Positions 56,234 through 64,000 of a stretch of 64,000 bases of DNA are shown here, piece by piece. Each line of letters starts with the position of its first letter. Within the stretch, counting starts at the first letter, position 1. The DNA is taken from the NCBI GenBank assembly GCA_003599505.1, contig QZKO01000053.1:3378-67377 (forward strand), given 5' to 3'. The stretch comes from Nitrospiraceae bacterium. Lineage in GTDB: Bacteria > Nitrospirota > Thermodesulfovibrionia > UBA6902. The notes beneath the pieces are model-generated. The model saw nothing but the letters and a program-made list of their open reading frames with translations. It was not told the origin of the DNA and did not search any database. The position numbers were made by a program, and so were the translations under genes.

Positions 56234-56786
56234 TGTATTGATTATAACTCAACAGAGCTTGCTTGCGTCTCGTTTTATTCGCGTCGTAAACTTCCCGAAC
56301 AACAGCCTTGTCAAGTCTCTGTATGGTGTCGTGATTATTTGTGGGATTAAACCTTGCTTCTTCCATTGTTCTCATTTTTAAAGAGCCCCTTTAATTCATG
56401 CAACTATCATAACCACGAACGGATTCTTTTTCAAGAAATATTTTATAAAATCAGAGGCATCCCGTATTTTCAGCCGGCTGAAATCAGCCGTCAGTCCGTA
56501 GACTGCATTTTAAGTTGTCCGATTTTTTCGGACAACTCATCATATCCCTCATCAGAGAGCTTTTTCCTTAAATCGTTCCGGTACTTTCGCTGCCGGTTAA
56601 CACTTCCACAACATCGACAATCGAAAACCACCATTCTCCACAGAGCAAGTGTCGTTGATCACGGCAATGAGAGTAAACTTCGTGAAGATGCCTGGACGCT
56701 TTCCCGGTTTATCGAGAAGCCCGTGTGGGACGCCATCTCATGAAACAAGAAGTGGAATGGCGAGCAAACCGTTTGCCCCTACGGTC

Positions 56787-57284
56787 CTATCGGTAATTCA
56801 CAAAATCAATATGGACCCCGAAGTCTTTTCCCTTCAGCAGTGTTATAACGGCCTGGAGGTCGTCTATTTTTTTTGCTTTTACCCTGACCTGGTCTTTCTG
56901 TATCTCGGCCTGGACCTTCAGCTTGGCGTCCTTTATTGTTTTCACAAGCTCTTTGGCTTTTTCAGTCGGGATACCCTGTTGGAGCGTCACAAGCTGTCTC
57001 ACTGTGTTCGACGCCGCGGGCTCAATCTTTCCGTAGCTCAACGCCTTCAGAGGCACCTGCCTTTTAATAAGCTTGCTTTGCAGGATATCTACGACGCTTT
57101 TTAATTTATATTCATCGTCGGACATGAGGAGGATTTCATTTTTTGTTTTATCGAGCTCGATGCCGCTCTTGCTTCCCCTGAAATCAAACCGCTGCCCCAA
57201 TTCCTTCAGCGCCTGCTGCACCGCGTTCGATACCTCCTGTAAATCCACCTTGCTTACGACATCGAATGAATGTTCATCCGCCAT
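56787..57284 (-). CDS. yajQ: YajQ-family nucleotide-binding protein (UPF0234)
   Basis: [16 protein letters not shown]...FDFRGSK. Confidence 0.8.
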   Translation of the reverse strand: MADEHSFDVVSKVDLQEVSNAVQQALKELGQRFDFRGSKSGIELDKTKNEILLMSDDEYKLKSVVDILQSKLIKRQVPLKALSYGKIEPAASNTVRQLVTLQQGIPTEKAKELVKTIKDAKLKVQAEIQKDQVRVKAKKIDDLQAVITLLKGKDFGVHIDFVNYR

Positions 57285-57714
57285 TATCCGGCCTCCCTTG
57301 CTGTTTTATCATTTTACGGAGCTCGTAAACTTCCTGCCGCAGGTCAAACAGCTCTATGCATTGCCTGATTGTCGCTTTTACATCCGCAATGTCCCACGGC
57401 TTCGTCAGGTACCTGTCAATACCGCCTTTATTGACGATGTCCAGGATCAACCTGACGTCGGAATGACCTGAAAGAACGACTCTTATGACGCCGGGATATG
57501 ACTCCTTTATTCCGGCCAACAGCTCAAACCCGTCCATCCCGGGCATTTTCACGTCCGTGACAATAACCTTGCAGGGATTTTCAGACAATATTTTTAATGC
57601 CTCATTCCCGCCGCCGGCGCAGAGCACATTATAAGGCTCATCAGCGAGCTCTCTTTTCAGTGACGACAGGACACCGCGTTCATCATCCACGATCAATATA
57701 TTCGTTTGTTCCAT
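57274..57714 (-). CDS. Single-domain response regulator (CheY-like receiver)
   Basis: ILIVDDE...[11 protein letters not shown]. Confidence 0.85.
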   Translation of the reverse strand: MEQTNILIVDDERGVLSSLKRELADEPYNVLCAGGGNEALKILSENPCKVIVTDVKMPGMDGFELLAGIKESYPGVIRVVLSGHSDVRLILDIVNKGGIDRYLTKPWDIADVKATIRQCIELFDLRQEVYELRKMIKQQGRPDNGG

Positions 57715-57799
57715 CTTGTCCGTTCCCCCGGCGTATGCTTACATCGGGCTTGATTGATTTTTGCATTGCTTATTTTATAACTTTTAATAAATTCTTGTT

Positions 57800-59965
57800 T
57801 CAGATGACCGGGGCCCACTCCGGTGAGGACTTCTCTTCAGTCTGAAACGGTATATAAAGGCTGAAGGTGGTCCCCTTGCCGACGCTGCTTTTTACCCCTA
57901 TAAAACCACCGTGGTCTTCCACGATCTTTTTGCTTATGGCAAGGCCCAGTCCGGTGCCTTGTTCCAGTACCTTGGTGGTAAAGAACGGCTCAAAGACCAT
58001 TTTCAGCTTATCTTCCGGAATCCCCTCGCCGGTGTCGCTTATCTCAATATTCAGATACGGCGCTTCATTGCGGACCTCTTTTCTGACGGATACCGTCAGC
58101 GTCCCTCCCCCGGACATCGAATCCACGGCGTTGGATACAATGTTGTTTATCACTTCTCTTATCTGCTCCCTGTCCACCAGGATCTGCGGCAGGTCATCAG
58201 CAGGCATTTTTTTAATCCTGATCGACCGTTCCCTGCAGATAAGCTCAAAGGTCCTTAAAGACTCGTCGATTACTTCGACGATGTCGTGGGTTTTCAGGCT
58301 CAGACGGACACCCCTTGAAAAAGCGAGAACGCTCCTTAATATCTTTTCAAGTCTGTTTACCTCTGTAATTATTATTTCAGCGTATTCCCTTTCAGCGGCG
58401 CCCTCGGGGGCTTTCCTGCCCAGTCTCCTCGCGTACCCGCCTATGGACGTCAGGGGGTTCCGTATTTCGTGCGCGACGTTTGCCGTAAGCCTTCCAAGCG
58501 CCGAGAGCTTTTCCACCTGGACGAGCTGCTCCTGGAGCCTCTGTTTTTCATGTTCGGTCTGCCTTCTTTCGATGACCCCGGCCATTGTATCGGCTATGGA
58601 TGACATCAGGTCGTCATCATCTTTATTCCTTTTATACTCTTCTTTCATCAGGATGCTGATTACTCCGAGGACCTTCCCGCCGGAAATAACAGGGAGACAA
58701 TAGTTGCTGTGCGGCAACATCCCTTTGTATTTTATTTCGTGGCGGCTGTCGAGGTATTCACAGGATATGACCTCCTGAGTGGAGGCGGCCAGGCCGCAGA
58801 GGCATGTGCCGAAAGGGACTTTCGCGCAGGTCTTCTGCATCGTTTCGGTATAACCCCGCTGGACCTTCATCACCAGCATGTCCGGTTCATCCTCCACAAG
58901 ATATATGCAGCCCTTTGCCTGCATGGGGAGAAGGGGTATTGAGAGGACAATATCGAGTATGCGCCCCAACTGCTCTTCAAAAGGAACGGGCTGGAGGGAT
59001 ATCTGGAGAATAGAGCTTATCGTCCTCTGGAAATAATACCCTCTTTCAATCTTTTTTTCAGCGATCTTGCGCTCGGTGATGTCGCGGATATCGGCCAGAA
59101 CAAACAGGCCTTCTTCAGTCTCCACGGGGCTCAGGCCGATGTCCACAGGGAACTCCGTGCCGTCCTTCTTGAGACCGTAAAGGTCCAGTCCCGTGCCCAT
59201 GGGCCTGGACCTCGGTTTTGAATAATATTCTCTCCGCTCGTCCATATGGATGCCGCGGAAACGCTCCGGCATCAGGCTCTCTATCTCCTTACCCTGCAGC
59301 TCTTCGCGGGGGTAGCCGAACATCCTTTCCGCCTGTGCATTGACAAGGATGATCCTGCCGCCGGCGTCAACGTATATCATGGCGTCAGGCGCGGACTCCA
59401 TAAGGGTCCGGAACTTCTTTTCCGTCTCCCTGCGCAAGGCGATTTCTCTCTCCATCGGGACCAGGGCGAGTTTTCTCATGCTGTACCACAGGGTTATTCC
59501 CAGAAGGACCGTCAATATAACCGAGCCGGAAATCAGCCGCAGCATAAACCGGTTCAGGCTGTCTCTTATGTATGTAAAGTCCCGGACCATCTCCAGTGTG
59601 ACCAGATCGCGTCCGGCATACTGAATTGTCTTTTTAAACGGGTAGGCCTGTTTCGTTAACTCTCCGCTCCTGTACTGTGAGATTACAAAATTGTTCGGCG
59701 CAGTCGCTTTCAGCTCCAGTATCTCTTCGCGGTCTTCTCCCCAGTGAGTCAGAAACTGTTCGACCGAGGCATAATCATGCCTGAGTATCGCGTCCCGCAC
59801 AAAGGCCCCCATGAGCTCAAGCTCTTCCATGGAATCCCTGTGGGCCGCATTGAACATTTCACGCTCATGCGAGAGGATGACGGAAACGACGATGCCGAAA
59901 AATACCATCAGTATCGCGATAAAAGACAGGATTACGCGCCTGTATCCGAACACCCGGGCTGTCAT
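57800..59965 (-). CDS. Sensor histidine kinase with PAS and GAF domains
   Basis: H-box HEIRNPLTSI and HATPase_c boxes GTGLGLAIS. N-terminal TM helix. Confidence 0.8.
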   Translation of the reverse strand: MTARVFGYRRVILSFIAILMVFFGIVVSVILSHEREMFNAAHRDSMEELELMGAFVRDAILRHDYASVEQFLTHWGEDREEILELKATAPNNFVISQYRSGELTKQAYPFKKTIQYAGRDLVTLEMVRDFTYIRDSLNRFMLRLISGSVILTVLLGITLWYSMRKLALVPMEREIALRRETEKKFRTLMESAPDAMIYVDAGGRIILVNAQAERMFGYPREELQGKEIESLMPERFRGIHMDERREYYSKPRSRPMGTGLDLYGLKKDGTEFPVDIGLSPVETEEGLFVLADIRDITERKIAEKKIERGYYFQRTISSILQISLQPVPFEEQLGRILDIVLSIPLLPMQAKGCIYLVEDEPDMLVMKVQRGYTETMQKTCAKVPFGTCLCGLAASTQEVISCEYLDSRHEIKYKGMLPHSNYCLPVISGGKVLGVISILMKEEYKRNKDDDDLMSSIADTMAGVIERRQTEHEKQRLQEQLVQVEKLSALGRLTANVAHEIRNPLTSIGGYARRLGRKAPEGAAEREYAEIIITEVNRLEKILRSVLAFSRGVRLSLKTHDIVEVIDESLRTFELICRERSIRIKKMPADDLPQILVDREQIREVINNIVSNAVDSMSGGGTLTVSVRKEVRNEAPYLNIEISDTGEGIPEDKLKMVFEPFFTTKVLEQGTGLGLAISKKIVEDHGGFIGVKSSVGKGTTFSLYIPFQTEEKSSPEWAPVI

Positions 59966-60822
59966 GGACTGACTCCGCTCTTCTCCAGCGTCCTGATGAT
60001 GACGCGCAGGTTGTCATAATCACTGTCGGCGGCAGGCACAATACCCGTCAGGGTTTCCTGTATTTTAAGCATAATGGCCCTGCCTTCTTTATTGTCTTTA
60101 AGCCGCAGCAGGGCCTCTTTCAGTGCCCTGATTTTCTCTTTTGAAAGGAGGGGACTTGTAACAAAAACATGCTCCGATATGGAGGGCGTCCACGCGAGCG
60201 CCCTGAGCCCCCGTTTTTCGTATTCATAGAAGACATCCTCTTTTACCGCCCCGGCATCAAAGTCCCCGGCCAGCACGCCGAGCGCCACGTTGTGATGGTT
60301 GTACAGGAATTTATATCCGGACAAATCTTCAACGCCTACACCCGCCTTCAACATCATATACCTCGGCACGAGATGTCCCATCGTCGACTCAGGGTCCACA
60401 AAGGCAAAGCGCTTGCCTTTCAGGTCGGCAAGTGTCTTTATTCCGCTGTTTTTTGCCGTAATAATCGCGCCCATGAACGTAGGTTTCCCTGTTACCTCGA
60501 GACGGGCGAGAATGGGTTTCCTGCCGAACTTCTCCACAAGCTTTACATAGGAAACAGGGCCCATAAATGCTACATCGATCTTATTGTTTCCGATCTTGTC
60601 TATATGTTCTTTATAATCCCTTGCTATATCGATGACAATGGGTCTGCCTGCCGCCTTGCCAAGGTAATCCGAAAGGGGGGTGAACCGGTCTACCAGCTCG
60701 GTAGCGGGCAGATATGGATGTATTCCCAGCGTCAACGCGCTGCCGGCGTTAACCATACCCGCGCTGCAAAGCAGGGCTGAAAAAATCAATACGAAGAAAC
60801 AGCCGGTTAATCTCATATTCAT
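59962..60822 (-). CDS. PhnD/SsuA-like ABC-transporter substrate-binding protein
   Basis: Signal peptide with a phosphonate-binding-like fold. Confidence 0.55.
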   Translation of the reverse strand: MNMRLTGCFFVLIFSALLCSAGMVNAGSALTLGIHPYLPATELVDRFTPLSDYLGKAAGRPIVIDIARDYKEHIDKIGNNKIDVAFMGPVSYVKLVEKFGRKPILARLEVTGKPTFMGAIITAKNSGIKTLADLKGKRFAFVDPESTMGHLVPRYMMLKAGVGVEDLSGYKFLYNHHNVALGVLAGDFDAGAVKEDVFYEYEKRGLRALAWTPSISEHVFVTSPLLSKEKIRALKEALLRLKDNKEGRAIMLKIQETLTGIVPAADSDYDNLRVIIRTLEKSGVSP

Positions 60823-60940
60823 CCTTTCCTTCCCGCCGCCTCCGGATAGAATAATAATATCATGTTTCTCTTACGTTAACATCAGGCGGGTTTCCGGCCG
60901 GCGCTGTTCCGGATTTGCGGGGGCAGGTGGGAGGAGGAAT

Positions 60941-63283
60941 TCATATTTTCACGCCCTTAAGCAGCGCGGAGTTGCTGACAACCGAGAGCGAACTCAATGC
61001 CATTGCCGCCGAAGCCACAATTGGGTTCAGCAATCCGAATGCCGCGATGGGAATGCCGATGCTGTTGTAAATAAGCGCCCAGAAGAGATTCTGTTTAATC
61101 TTGCGCATGGTTGCCCTGCTCAGCTTTATGCCTTTAATAACATCCCTCAAATCGTCCCTTACGAGAATAATGCCGCCGGTCTCTTTTGCAACGTCAGAGC
61201 CGCTTCCGATGGCTATTCCGATGTCAGCCTGGGCAAGGGCCGGGGAATCGTTGATCCCGTCGCCTACCATCGCGACGACTTTGCCCTGAGACTGAAGTTC
61301 TTTGACCACTTTCGCCTTGTCCCCGGGAAGGACATTTGATATGATCCTGTCAATGCCGACCCTTGACCCGATGGCCTTTGCAGTGCGCTCATTGTCCCCG
61401 GTCAGCATCACAACTTCCACTCCTTCAGCCTTTAAGCCCTTAATCACTTCTTCCGCGTGTTCTTTAAGTGTATCGGCGACCGCGATGAATCCGGCGAGCT
61501 TTTTATCATGAGCGACGATCATTACTGTATTGCCCTTTTCTTCAAGTCCTGAGACGAGCTTCTCGTCGGCCTCAATTGAGACGCCGTTTTCTCTCATCAG
61601 TTTCCTGTTGCCGACAAGTATTTCCCGGCCCTGATATGAGACCCTTATCCCGTGCCCGGGTATCGCCTCGAATTTTTCAGCATCCGGGATGTCAAGTCCC
61701 TGCATCTTCGCCCTCTTTATTATCGCCTCGGCAAGCGGGTGCTCCGAACCCTTTTCAGCAATTGCAGCAAACTGTAATATTTCTTCACTCTTAACTTCTG
61801 CCCCTTGCCCCTCAATAATTTCCGTTACCTCCGGCTCTCCCTTTGTCAGGGTCCCTGTTTTGTCAAAGACTACCGCATTTAATTTCTCCGCCCTTTCAAG
61901 GTATTCGGCGCCCCTTATGAGTATCCCTAATTCCGCGCCCTTGCCTACGCCGACCATCAGCGCAGCAGGCGTTGCAATCCCGATGGCGCAGGGACAGGCG
62001 ATGATGAGGACTGCGACAAAGGACAAAAGGGCTGCCGTAGAATTCCCTGTTATTATCCATAACGCGGCCGATAGAAATGCAATACCGACAACTGCCGGAA
62101 CGAAATATGACGCAATCCTGTCAGCGAGCCTCTGGATTTGAGAGGATGACGTCTGGGCCTCTTCTACCATCTTTATTATCTGGCTCAGGGTTGTGTCCGC
62201 GCCGACCCTTGTCGACCTGAACTTGAAAGAACCTACCTTGTTTAGCGTCCCCCCTATGACTTCATCTCCTGCTTTTTTCTCCACCGGAACGCTCTCGCCG
62301 GTGATCATCTTCTCATCAATTGACGAATGTCCGTCAATAACGACGCCGTCAGTCGGTATCTTCTCGCCCGGCCTGACAACTACTATTTCATCCGCCATAA
62401 GCTGCTCTGCCTGGATTTCAATTTCTTCTTCCTTCCTTATCACCCTCGCCGTCTGCGGTTTTAAATCGAGCAGCTTGCGTATGGCGGCGGAGCTGCGCTT
62501 CTTGATTATCTCTTCCATATATTTGCCTAAAAGGACAAAGGCAATTATGATCGCTGAGACCTCAAAATAAACATTCTTTTCCTCAACAGGCAGCACGCCG
62601 GGGAAGAAGACCACGAACGCGCTGTAAATATACGCGGTCGATGTGCCGAGCGCTATGAGGAGGTCCATATTCGCCACGCGGTCTTTGATTGCGTGCCAGG
62701 CCCCGACAAAAAAACTTTTGCCGCCGAAGATCATGATCGGCGTCGTGATAATAAAAAGCCATACCCCCCATGTAAACCACGGAAGCCAGGGTACCGGCAC
62801 CCACGTGAGGACTGTCGCCCCTGCCGCAAGACCAAGGAACACCGCGGCCCTGAAGATCGCAAGGGCTACTACGCCTGTGAGGGCAATAGCTACCCGCCTC
62901 TTCATGTCCCTGAGCTCTTCCTCAGGCGCCTCAAAGGTCTTCACGCAGCTTTCAGCGCAAAAATAATACGTCCTGCCCCCGACCTCCCTTTTTATGGAAC
63001 GTTCTTTCGGGATGACCATCCCGCACACGGGGTCTTTCGCCATGCCTTCTTTCTTTTCTTCCTGCCCCTTGTCCCTTGCCTCTTGCCCCCTGCCTCCGAG
63101 GAAAGATTCAGGGTCTTTATCGAATTTCTCTTTGCAAACAGGCGCGCAGAAATAATAGACACTCCCTTTGTATTCCGAAGAACCGGCTGCGTCCTTTTTA
63201 TCTATTGTCATCTTGCAGACAGGATCGACGGCCTGTCCGGTTGTCACCTGCTTGCCGATGCCGAGCTTTATTGATTTCTGCAT
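60941..63283 (-). CDS. copA: Copper-translocating P1B-type ATPase with two N-terminal YHS/TRASH domains
   Basis: DPVCKM...YYFCAPVC and DPVCGM...YYFCAESC, then CPC, DKTGTLT and [10 protein letters not shown]. Confidence 0.85.
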   Translation of the reverse strand: MQKSIKLGIGKQVTTGQAVDPVCKMTIDKKDAAGSSEYKGSVYYFCAPVCKEKFDKDPESFLGGRGQEARDKGQEEKKEGMAKDPVCGMVIPKERSIKREVGGRTYYFCAESCVKTFEAPEEELRDMKRRVAIALTGVVALAIFRAAVFLGLAAGATVLTWVPVPWLPWFTWGVWLFIITTPIMIFGGKSFFVGAWHAIKDRVANMDLLIALGTSTAYIYSAFVVFFPGVLPVEEKNVYFEVSAIIIAFVLLGKYMEEIIKKRSSAAIRKLLDLKPQTARVIRKEEEIEIQAEQLMADEIVVVRPGEKIPTDGVVIDGHSSIDEKMITGESVPVEKKAGDEVIGGTLNKVGSFKFRSTRVGADTTLSQIIKMVEEAQTSSSQIQRLADRIASYFVPAVVGIAFLSAALWIITGNSTAALLSFVAVLIIACPCAIGIATPAALMVGVGKGAELGILIRGAEYLERAEKLNAVVFDKTGTLTKGEPEVTEIIEGQGAEVKSEEILQFAAIAEKGSEHPLAEAIIKRAKMQGLDIPDAEKFEAIPGHGIRVSYQGREILVGNRKLMRENGVSIEADEKLVSGLEEKGNTVMIVAHDKKLAGFIAVADTLKEHAEEVIKGLKAEGVEVVMLTGDNERTAKAIGSRVGIDRIISNVLPGDKAKVVKELQSQGKVVAMVGDGINDSPALAQADIGIAIGSGSDVAKETGGIILVRDDLRDVIKGIKLSRATMRKIKQNLFWALIYNSIGIPIAAFGLLNPIVASAAMALSSLSVVSNSALLKGVKI

Positions 63284-63285
63284 TA

Positions 63286-63702
63286 TTATTTCTTTTCCAT
63301 ATCCTGCACCTTATTGTGCAGCTCATCCATTTTCTTATGCATTTGTTCCAGGTCGGCCTCTGACGCCGTTCCCTTTTCCATCATATTCGACATATCCATC
63401 ATATGCTTTGACATGTCTTTCATCATTCCTGACATCGCCTTCATCCTGTCGGCAGGCATATCCTCCATCATCCCGTGCATCCTTTCCATCATATCGGACA
63501 TTTCCTGCATCATGCCCATCATATCACCCGACATATGCTGCTCCATCATAGCTTTATGGTCCATCATTTGTTCCTTGTGCATTTCACCATGCTGGCCGCC
63601 CATCATTCCGCCGCCGTGACCGCCCATGCCTCCGCCCATCTGGGCAAAGCCGTACACGGCCACACCCAAAATCAGGACTGTTATCAAATAGATGCGTTTC
63701 AT
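63286..63702 (-). CDS. Met/His-rich periplasmic metal-binding protein
   Basis: Signal peptide followed by [21 protein letters not shown]. Start placed at MKRIYLI, which has an AGGAGG RBS. Confidence 0.6.
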   Translation of the reverse strand: MKRIYLITVLILGVAVYGFAQMGGGMGGHGGGMMGGQHGEMHKEQMMDHKAMMEQHMSGDMMGMMQEMSDMMERMHGMMEDMPADRMKAMSGMMKDMSKHMMDMSNMMEKGTASEADLEQMHKKMDELHNKVQDMEKK

Positions 63703-63719
63703 ATCAAACCTCCTTTTTG

Positions 63720-63746
63720 CAGGGGCGTATTGCGATACGCCCCTAC
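63720..63746. repeat. REP-like hairpin CAGGGGCGTATTGCGATACGCCCCTA
   Basis: 10-bp stem with the same GGGGCG/CGCCCC ends as the hairpin at 42485. Confidence 0.55.
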
Positions 63747-63895
63747 TATTTAATGTATTTCTCAGGCTCTTTGTCAAATTTTTCTTTGCAGGCCTTTGCG
63801 CAGAAATAATAGGTTTTGCCTTTGTAATCGCTTTTCGCCGCGGCCTCCTTTTCTTTGACGTCCATCTTACAGACCGGGTCCCGCGCCATTTCCAT
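63746..63895 (-). CDS. Small YHS-domain protein (49 aa), hand-called
   Basis: MEMARDPVCKMDVKEKEAAAKSDYKGKTYYFCAKACKEKFDKEPEKYIK. Confidence 0.55.
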   Translation of the reverse strand: MEMARDPVCKMDVKEKEAAAKSDYKGKTYYFCAKACKEKFDKEPEKYIK

Positions 63896-63910
63896 CACCT
63901 CCCTTTTTTG

Positions 63911-63936
63911 TAGGGGCGACCCGCCGGGTCGCCCTA
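63911..63936. repeat. REP-like hairpin TAGGGGCGACCCGCCGGGTCGCCCTA
   Basis: Imperfect 11-bp stem with the same family ends. It overlaps the stop of the partial gene. Confidence 0.5.
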
Positions 63937-64000
63937 CAGATTCTTCCTCAGTTTAGGCACAAACATCGGCGTCTCTTCCATATAGCGTTTATAGTCATTT
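63924..64000 (-). CDS. 3' end of a gene entering from beyond the window (..NDYKRYMEETPMFVPKLRKNL*)
   Basis: The minus-strand frame is open from the window edge to TAG at 63924. Confidence 0.3.

Noticed and set aside
63703-63777. 25-aa N-terminal extension of the Met-rich protein ORF (MTKSLRNTL...)
   Set aside because: The extension overlaps the REP-like hairpin and the upstream YHS gene stop. MKRIYLI, with an AGGAGG RBS and a signal peptide, is the credible start.
1-64000. CRISPR arrays and rRNA genes
   Set aside because: No regularly spaced direct repeats of 25-40 bp with unique spacers were seen, and no rRNA-like segments.

Overview
This 64-kb window looks like a chromosomal segment from a sulfur-metabolising anaerobe, possibly Deltaproteobacteria- or Nitrospirae-like, with about 50% GC; that taxonomic guess is inference only. 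From the 5' end, the housekeeping content is def-fmt-PASTA-rpe, then a ribosomal/SRP cluster (rpsP, trmD, rplS, rnhB, rlmB, ffh, trxB, trxA) with a tRNA-Leu(GAG). A thiH-thiS-thiG-thiE-thiC operon follows, preceded by a clear TPP riboswitch on the minus strand. The second half is dominated by sulfur trafficking and oxidation genes: a rhodanese, small DsrE/F/H-like proteins, two YeeE/YedE transporters, TusA, two SQR-type flavoproteins, a canonical dsrEFH operon and two ArsR regulators. It also holds a DUF1302/LolA-like/MMPL exporter cluster, a single-ORF CysE-CysS fusion, a VapBC pair, a PstI/BsuBI-like type II R-M system, a two-component system, a PhnD-like binding protein and a copper cluster (YHS-CopA P-type ATPase, Met/His-rich protein, small YHS protein). 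The accessory content includes an IS200-like Y1 (HUH) transposase with a DnaA-C-like HTH tail, a glycine-rich secreted protein with an adjacent lipoprotein, and remnants of a HigB toxin and an MNT nucleotidyltransferase. The most striking observations are two adjacent sulfur-carrier genes (DsrE-like and YeeE-like) that each carry an in-frame UGA at the conserved active-site cysteine, making them candidate selenoproteins, and a family of roughly 35-bp heptanucleotide-periodic tandem repeat elements found in intergenic gaps and inserted in-frame inside coding sequences. A recurrent TAGGGGCG...CGCCCCTA hairpin family may represent REP-like elements. No CRISPR array or rRNA gene was seen.
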